64,000 nt of DNA from Bdellovibrionales bacterium. GTDB taxonomy: Bacteria > Bdellovibrionota > Bdellovibrionia > Bdellovibrionales > UBA1609. Positions 57,900 to 64,000 of the stretch are shown here, in pieces. Location of the stretch: contig JBFWVI010000001.1 in NCBI GenBank assembly GCA_050246815.1, positions 35,433 to 99,432 on the forward strand, read 5' to 3'. A program made the translations under genes and the position numbers. Within the stretch, counting starts at the first letter, position 1. Each line of letters opens with the position of its first letter. Below the pieces are notes generated by a model. It was given only the letters and a program-made list of their open reading frames with translations. It did no database searches and was not told the origin of the DNA.

Positions 57900-59588
57900 A
57901 TGAAAAGGCAAACGTCTAAGTATTTGATGGTATTTGCGTCTCTTATGGGGACAGTTTTGTTGTTTCAAAACTGTTCGGGGTTTACGGGTTTAGAGCAGGG
58001 ATCATTCGAAGGTAGCAGCAGCGGGACTTTCGCCGCTCCGGGTATCACCTTCAGTGCTACACCCGAAATTATCAACTCCGCTGTTGTCACATTGAGTTTC
58101 GATGTTGAAATGCCGCCGGGTTCATTGATCAAGTCGATAACCTGCCAGTTGGGTGACAGCGCACCAATTGATTGCGGCACCAAAACCGCAAGTTTTGCCA
58201 ATTTAACTGATGGCGATTACGTCTTAAAAGTAATTGCCGAAAACACCCAAGGTACCAAATCTGAAGCGGTGAAGTCATTCCGTAAAGACGCCACCGCGCC
58301 CGTGGTGTTGGTCTCTTCGGCGCCGCCAGATTTTACCAATCAACAAACATTTGCGATCTCTTTCAGTGTCACCGACAATTTAAGCGGTGTGCAAGCAGTG
58401 GAATGTTCTTATGACAATGCGGCCTTCGGTCCTTGCACCAGCGCCACTTCGTCTTCGATGACTTTGAATGCGGGCGCCCACAAGTTTCAATTGCGCGCCA
58501 TCGACAGAGGCGGCAACGTTTCGGTGGTTTACAATCGCGATTGGATGATCGACCTTTCGACTCCGACCGTGGTGATCAACGATCCACGACCCGCTGCTGC
58601 GACCAACGCGGACAGCGCCACCTTTAACTTTTCAGGCGTGGGGATTGTGGCTTACGAATGTCAATTGGATGCCGGCGCGATCGAAGCTTGTGACACGGGC
58701 AAGGCATACACGGCACTTGCTTCGGCGCAACACACCTTTCGGGTGCGTGGCCGTAACGCCGCTGGAACTTTGTCCGCTTTCGCTCAATATATGTGGACGA
58801 TCGACCGAACTGCGCCCAGCGTGCCAGTCTTAGTGGCCGATGTGCCAGCGGCGCCAAATGCGACAGCGATTAGAAATGCCAGCATTAGCTTTTCTGCAAA
58901 CGATGGGGCCGGCACCGGAATCGCGGGCTTTGTCTGTGCGGTTGATGGCTCGGCCACCTTTGCCGCCTGCACCAGCCCACGTGCCTTTACCAACTTGGCA
59001 GAAGGCAATCACTCTTTGCGCGTGAAGGCCCGCGACAACGCCGGCAATGAATCCGCTGAAGGGGCGTTCTCTTGGGTCGTCGATTCGGTTTTGCCGACTT
59101 TGGCTTTTGTGAATCCGCCGGCTTCAAGCACCAGCACTTCGGCGGTCATTCAGTTCAACGCAGCTGACGCGGGGAGTGGTTTGGCCAGTGTTCAGTGCTC
59201 CTTGAACAATGCTGCTTTCGCCAATTGCACTTCGCCGGTGAATTTAAGTGGTCTGGCCGTGCAAGCTCATAACTTCCGAGTTCGTGCCACGGACCGTGCG
59301 GGTAATATCCAGAATGTGGCGCACAATTGGTCTGTGATGCCGGTGGTCGCGCCTCCCCCTGCAGAGTGGGTTGTGCCGACGATCTCGTTGGCCGCAGGCA
59401 GTGGTTCGACATTCAATTTGGTCGACACCCTGCCCGCCAATGTGGTCAGAAATGGTGTGTTCTCGGTCGATCCAACAGGTGCGGCTTTGCCGGCGGGCAT
59501 GACCTTGGCCGCCAACGGCGTGCTTTCGGTGGGAACCGCCGCCGTGGGTGATACCAACGGTGTGATTTTCTCGTACACCGAACCTTAA
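57900..59588 (+). CDS. surface lipoprotein with tandem Ig-like repeats
   Basis: LLFQNC lipobox; about five ~85-aa repeats with paired Cys and H.F.VRA.D.AGN. Confidence 0.85.
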   Translation: MKRQTSKYLMVFASLMGTVLLFQNCSGFTGLEQGSFEGSSSGTFAAPGITFSATPEIINSAVVTLSFDVEMPPGSLIKSITCQLGDSAPIDCGTKTASFANLTDGDYVLKVIAENTQGTKSEAVKSFRKDATAPVVLVSSAPPDFTNQQTFAISFSVTDNLSGVQAVECSYDNAAFGPCTSATSSSMTLNAGAHKFQLRAIDRGGNVSVVYNRDWMIDLSTPTVVINDPRPAAATNADSATFNFSGVGIVAYECQLDAGAIEACDTGKAYTALASAQHTFRVRGRNAAGTLSAFAQYMWTIDRTAPSVPVLVADVPAAPNATAIRNASISFSANDGAGTGIAGFVCAVDGSATFAACTSPRAFTNLAEGNHSLRVKARDNAGNESAEGAFSWVVDSVLPTLAFVNPPASSTSTSAVIQFNAADAGSGLASVQCSLNNAAFANCTSPVNLSGLAVQAHNFRVRATDRAGNIQNVAHNWSVMPVVAPPPAEWVVPTISLAAGSGSTFNLVDTLPANVVRNGVFSVDPTGAALPAGMTLAANGVLSVGTAAVGDTNGVIFSYTEP

Positions 59589-59610
59589 ACTAAAGTTCCG
59601 GCGGGGACTA

Positions 59611-61263
59611 TTATTGAGTCTTCGCCGGTGCTCCCAGCTTTTGATTCATTTCTTCCATAGTTTTTTTGATCGAGGCGAGCTTAGGTGAGTTGACCTCGTT
59701 TTTTGCTAAATATTCTTCGAGAATTTTTTTGGCCTTTTGCGGCTGATTGTCACCAAGATAAGCCTCACTCAGCTTTGCGGCGACGCTGAATTCATTCAAA
59801 CCATAGGAATTTTTAAGGGCCTTTTCACCCATGGCCGCGGCCTCTTTGTATTTCTTCATTTTCAAAAGACTCGAAGTGTATTGCGATTGCACATGCCCAT
59901 CGTTCGGGCGGGCTTTGACAAGCTCTTCGGTCAATTGATGGGCTTCATTGGTCATGCCGGCGCCCAAGTAGGCCGCACGCAGCCGCAGGGCTGGGCCTGG
60001 AAGCTTGGCGTTGATGTGGGCTTTGGCCCCCTCTTCGGCGGCCTTGGCCCAAGCGGCTTGGGCGGGCAGACCTGAGTATTCAACAATTTCGCCATTGATG
60101 TAGGCAACATAAAATCTTTCAAGTCCGGTGTACTCACCCAGTGAATCTGTGGTCAGGGCCTTTTTTAGGGCGGCCTCGTCACTCAACCATTTGTCGACTA
60201 ATTTCTGTGACTCGCGGGCCAAAACCTGAGCTTCTTTACTTTTTTCGGGCAACAGACTGATCAGGCTTTGACGCCAAAATTGTGAGCGGGTGGTATCCCC
60301 TTCGGCTTTTAAGGCTTCAGCTAGCGCTTTATTCAATTTATCTTTGGCGGCCGTATTTTTTTTGGCTTCTGCCGCCGCCATTTCGACTTTGGCGTCCAGA
60401 TATTCCTTAGGTTTAGGGTTTTGCTTTTCCATCAAAGCTGCTGCTTTATCGAATTGGCCGGCGAAATAATAGCGTATGGCCAGCAACTCCTGATTGGCCG
60501 CGGTCGGTTCGGCCTGCTCGAGCTGCTGGATCGACACAGGGGATTTTTGTGCTTCTGCGAAAAGCGACTCCAGCGTGCTTAAAGGTTGGTAATCATAAAG
60601 ACGGGCGATTTCTTGCCCGCTTGGGGTCATCATGATCAGACTTGGAATACCACGAATGGCATAGCGGGCGCTAATGGCCGAGTTGGTTAAGATGTCGGTG
60701 TCGATTTTGACCTTCACAAAATCGGCCGTTAATTTTTTAAATTGGGGCAATGGGAAAATTTCCGATTCTAAGCGAACGCAGCCAGGGCACCACCGCGCTG
60801 AAAAATCAGCCAAGATTAACTTTTTACTTTTGCTGGCTTGGCGTAGGGCCTCTTCGAAGTCAGTTAAAAAGCCATGCTCATTTTTTTTGCCCGGGTGGGC
60901 TGCATGGGACTGGGGTGGCGCCGTCTTTTTTGTGCTGTTGCCCATTGGCAAATTGTGGACTTCGCAAAAGGTCTGAGCGTCGTCGCAGACGTAAAGATGC
61001 ATGGTGGCCTTTTCAAAGCCAGACGGCAGGGGGGTCAAAACCAATTTGCGTTTTTCTAGAGTGGAGGGGGCGACGAACTGCGCGCCGTTTTGCAGGCCAT
61101 TGGGTGCCTTTTCGTTAAAATGAAAGCCCTGTAGCAAAGTGGCGGTGAAAGTTTGTCCCTGCACCGCTGTTTTCAGGGCTTTGGCGCTACGGGGCGGTGG
61201 GGCCGCAGCATGGGCAGCGAGAGAAAAAAGACCGGCGGCGAGGATAGTAAAAAACGTTTTCAT
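59611..61263 (-). CDS. exported thioredoxin-family protein with TPR-like helices
   Basis: signal peptide, CDDAQTFC, FSARWCPGC, GIPSL, helical C-terminus. Confidence 0.85.
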   Translation of the reverse strand: MKTFFTILAAGLFSLAAHAAAPPPRSAKALKTAVQGQTFTATLLQGFHFNEKAPNGLQNGAQFVAPSTLEKRKLVLTPLPSGFEKATMHLYVCDDAQTFCEVHNLPMGNSTKKTAPPQSHAAHPGKKNEHGFLTDFEEALRQASKSKKLILADFSARWCPGCVRLESEIFPLPQFKKLTADFVKVKIDTDILTNSAISARYAIRGIPSLIMMTPSGQEIARLYDYQPLSTLESLFAEAQKSPVSIQQLEQAEPTAANQELLAIRYYFAGQFDKAAALMEKQNPKPKEYLDAKVEMAAAEAKKNTAAKDKLNKALAEALKAEGDTTRSQFWRQSLISLLPEKSKEAQVLARESQKLVDKWLSDEAALKKALTTDSLGEYTGLERFYVAYINGEIVEYSGLPAQAAWAKAAEEGAKAHINAKLPGPALRLRAAYLGAGMTNEAHQLTEELVKARPNDGHVQSQYTSSLLKMKKYKEAAAMGEKALKNSYGLNEFSVAAKLSEAYLGDNQPQKAKKILEEYLAKNEVNSPKLASIKKTMEEMNQKLGAPAKTQ

Positions 61264-61427
61264 TTAAATCCCCTTGTCGAGGGCTTCAAATTTAAGTGAG
61301 GCGAGCGGAAATAGTAAACCACTTCCGCGTTTGAAACTGATTGCGTCAAAAGAGCGAGGGGCACGCACGGGTTGGGGGGGGCGAGAGACTAAAATCAAAG
61401 GGCCGGTTTGGCTTTTAGGCTGGGTTC

Positions 61428-61658
61428 TTAAATGACAGAGCTGATGGCCTCTAAGAACAGCTGCGTCAGCGTGCCCAGTAAAACCAAGGTGATCAGGCCC
61501 CAGCTGAATAGACGGTACCAGCGACTGACCTTCTGCGCCAGGACACTGAAATCGGCGTTTTTAACTCGGATGGGGCCTTCGACCACGGCCGCCAAAAAAA
61601 ACCGTGCGCTGAAGGCTGTAATCGTCAGGGCTACTAGAGCTAAGAAAGTGATCAGCAT
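61428..61658 (-). CDS. small 2-TM membrane protein
   Basis: 76 aa, two hydrophobic segments. Confidence 0.5.
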   Translation of the reverse strand: MLITFLALVALTITAFSARFFLAAVVEGPIRVKNADFSVLAQKVSRWYRLFSWGLITLVLLGTLTQLFLEAISSVI

Positions 61659-61715
61659 GATAGGTTGTCGGTGGGTCGTCGTCTCATCTTAAGACGTGGG
61701 CTGAAAAACTGGATT

Positions 61716-62588
61716 TTAGTCGAATGGAAACATGAACAGCGTTTGATGGCAGGGCAACCGCAGGTATCTTTGGCGTAGCTTGTGGCCTATTCCCCCGTGT
61801 TTTAGCACGACAATCACCTCGGCGTCGCTTTGTCGAACCACCGCACGGGCTTTGAGCAAATTGCGGCACTGACGTGCAAGGCCTTCCAGTTCGCTGGGGG
61901 CAGATGTTTTGCTGAGGCTCCAGTCTTTGACTTCAACCCAAACTTGGCGGCCACCATGACGGGTCACCAAAATGTCAATTTCACTACCGCGAACAGGGGC
62001 CGCCGCTGTGGCGCCTACCTTTCGTTCGTAGCGAGCAACATGCCAAGGAAACATTTCTGTAAGGCGTTGGTTAAAGCTGAGTTCTTTGGCGTGGAAGTGG
62101 GTGGCCACCACGGCTTGCCAGACATTGGCCATCAGCCAACGTAGACGCTCAAGGTGAAATTGCGGGGCTCGTCTTTGGGGCGAGCGCATCAACTGGGCTT
62201 CTTCGCGCAACAATTCCCGCAAAAAATCAGTGGTGGTTTGAAGCGTTGGACCGCCCTTATAACGACGATCGATTGCATCCAAAGCCTGATCGAGGCCTGC
62301 CAATGTGGCCTCATTATAAGTGGCTTCTTGTAGGATTTGATGGAGCCGTACAAAGTCTCGAGCTAAATCTTGATGCCGACTGGCCAAGCTGCCGGGTTCG
62401 GGATTCAGGGAGAGACGACGTATCGCAGGGTCGCTATGTGTGCTCAGGTGCGTGGAGCGGGCGTAAATGTGGAAAGTGAGTGGGCCGTCGCAGGGTGAGC
62501 CTGCTGGCAGGCCTTGGCTGGCCGTCACGGCAAATGCGAAACAAACCAAAGGCAAAAGGCCTGCGATTTTGAAGCCGAATTTGTGCAT
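61716..62588 (-). CDS. secreted protein with C-terminal PD-(D/E)XK nuclease-like motif
   Basis: signal-peptide-like N-terminus; GSEIDILV...VWVEVKDW. Confidence 0.6.
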   Translation of the reverse strand: MHKFGFKIAGLLPLVCFAFAVTASQGLPAGSPCDGPLTFHIYARSTHLSTHSDPAIRRLSLNPEPGSLASRHQDLARDFVRLHQILQEATYNEATLAGLDQALDAIDRRYKGGPTLQTTTDFLRELLREEAQLMRSPQRRAPQFHLERLRWLMANVWQAVVATHFHAKELSFNQRLTEMFPWHVARYERKVGATAAAPVRGSEIDILVTRHGGRQVWVEVKDWSLSKTSAPSELEGLARQCRNLLKARAVVRQSDAEVIVVLKHGGIGHKLRQRYLRLPCHQTLFMFPFD

Positions 62589-62645
62589 GGGCGCTTATAG
62601 CTTGGCATGGCCCATAACGCAATGCTTCTGAGCTCTTTTTAAGGT

Positions 62646-63299
62646 CTAATTGGTGACAGGAGCCTGGGGAGACGTGGTGGCAGACGGCTGTTCGAGTTCG
62701 TTTAGGCGTTTTTCCAGCTGCTCGCCGATTTGCTCTTGATTGGCGGGGGCGGCGGCCACCGCTTCGCGGCCGTTGGTGTACTGGCGTGAGCGCAAATAAT
62801 CCTCAGGTTTCAGGGGCCGCTTGAAGGACGAGCGGGTTAAATAGCCGTCCACAAAAGCGACGATATTGTCACCGCGTTCGGGGAGGTCCCGAAGCGCTTG
62901 GCTCAGATAGCTCATTTGTTTCCATAAAGTTTGTTTGCTTTCATGGGCCAACAAATCAGTGCGGGCCATGTCCGCTAAACGTTCGCTTAAAAATTGGCGA
63001 ATGTCGCCGCTCCTGAAACGAGTGTCCACTTGAAATAGCAGGCGGTCGATCAGTTCTTGGCGCAGCAATCGCTCTTGACGTTCGTCATTGAGTTTGTCGA
63101 TGTCGTTTTCGTTTAGGCTGGCGGCCACGACTTGCGGACCAATCAGTGTTTTAATCCGCTCATCCAAAGCCTGCAAGCGCTGGGTGTTCTGGGCTTTTAA
63201 ACCTTTGAGTTCACGCAAAACTTGGTCGCGCCCCACATCCACTGCGGCAGCCATGCTGGCCTGAAACAAAAAAATGAGGTTCAAAATCAAAAAGCGCAA
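62646..63299 (-). CDS. hypothetical secreted helical protein
   Basis: GGAG RBS + TTG start gives signal peptide MRFLILNLIFLFQASMAAA. Confidence 0.7.
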   Translation of the reverse strand: MRFLILNLIFLFQASMAAAVDVGRDQVLRELKGLKAQNTQRLQALDERIKTLIGPQVVAASLNENDIDKLNDERQERLLRQELIDRLLFQVDTRFRSGDIRQFLSERLADMARTDLLAHESKQTLWKQMSYLSQALRDLPERGDNIVAFVDGYLTRSSFKRPLKPEDYLRSRQYTNGREAVAAAPANQEQIGEQLEKRLNELEQPSATTSPQAPVTN

Positions 63300-63343
63300 A
63301 AGAGGTCTCCTTGGGTCGAACGACCATAACCACATACTAGTAG

Positions 63344-63359
63344 AGCAAAATCAGGGCCA
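63344..63359 (-). promoter_or_regulatory. sigma54-like -24/-12 promoter
   Basis: TGGCCCTGATTTTGCT upstream of the 63299 start. Confidence 0.6.
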
Positions 63360-63540
63360 TTTAGGGATTGGTAGGTGGTTGATTTTACGTGATTTTTTGT
63401 GTGATCGGGTGTTGAAAGGGCGGGTTGGTGCCCAAATGCGGCCCAATTGGGCTTTTGGCGTCGCGCCCCGTGAAGTTAATTTTACTTGGTTTGGTCGTTT
63501 TTTACTGGCTACGATCAATTCACTTTATCGAGGGGGAACC

Positions 63541-64000
63541 ATGGTCAAGATACGGGCGTTACTTCTTTTGATCTTTTTTTTCGCGGCACCCTGGGCCCAC
63601 GCTTTCGCCGTAGTTGAGGCCAACTGTCTGCAGGGCGGTTGTTTTAAAAACGGCTGGACTCTTTATGACCTGCGCACGGGCCAGACTTCGATCGTGCAGT
63701 GTCTTGAAGGAGATTGCACTCGCGTGGGTTGGAGCATGGAAATGGTGGGCCAAGGGCCTGGCTACAATTCAATTTGTGAACCAGAAGGTTGTTTTGTAAG
63801 TGGCTGGCGGACCTATGACGTCATCACTCGTCGCCCTGTTGGTTCAGTCACGTGCATGATCGCAGAGAACTCTGAGCGCAACTGTTTAACTGAAGGCTGG
63901 GTGGACCGCCCCCAGTTTGGCGGCCAGGCTGTCCTTCGCTGCATTCAAAAAGATTGTGCCCAAGCGGGATGGGAGATTTGGTTGCCCAACGGCCAGTGGC
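63541..64000 (+). CDS. secreted Cys-repeat protein, truncated by window end (not in ORF track)
   Basis: GAGGGGG RBS; MVKIRALLLLIFFFAAPWAHA signal; five C-x4-C-x3-GW-type repeats; open to 64000. Confidence 0.8.
   Translation, partial: MVKIRALLLLIFFFAAPWAHAFAVVEANCLQGGCFKNGWTLYDLRTGQTSIVQCLEGDCTRVGWSMEMVGQGPGYNSICEPEGCFVSGWRTYDVITRRPVGSVTCMIAENSERNCLTEGWVDRPQFGGQAVLRCIQKDCAQAGWEIWLPNGQW

Noticed and set aside
1..64000. tRNA, rRNA, CRISPR, integrase, transposase or anti-phage defence genes
   Set aside because: None recognised by eye; intergenic regions are short; a covariance-model scan was not possible

Overview
Bacterial chromosomal window, most likely Bdellovibrionota (Bdellovibrionales-like). 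This is an inference from the FQNC-type lipoprotein, vWA lipoproteins, many signal-peptide orphans and minor-pilin cluster; no marker gene proves it. Housekeeping genes: radA, slt, oppABC, ychF-pth-rplY-prs, rdgB-rph, amidase, cystathionine beta-synthase, feoAB, rmuC. No rRNA, tRNA, CRISPR array or intact transposase was seen. Most notable: (1) an adenylating ligase/ACP/MBOAT/SGNH-like (Dlt-like) acylation gene set whose MBOAT lies downstream of a minor-pilin cluster and a Cys-less double rhodanese, and whose SGNH protein appears catalytically dead; (2) a fused E1 2-oxoacid dehydrogenase with no E2, followed by an altered FabD-like acyltransferase and thioesterase, divergent from glutaryl-CoA dehydrogenase; (3) an unannotated ~55-nt sigma54-promoter/terminator unit with an anti-Shine-Dalgarno loop (candidate sRNA); (4) a heme-c/beta-barrel + YceI + diheme cytochrome operon and an ApbE flavinylation operon; (5) a 34-bp perfect palindrome supplying the stop codons of two convergent genes. 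All family calls are by motif recognition by eye; no searches were run. Several starts were moved from the ORF track to better-supported codons.
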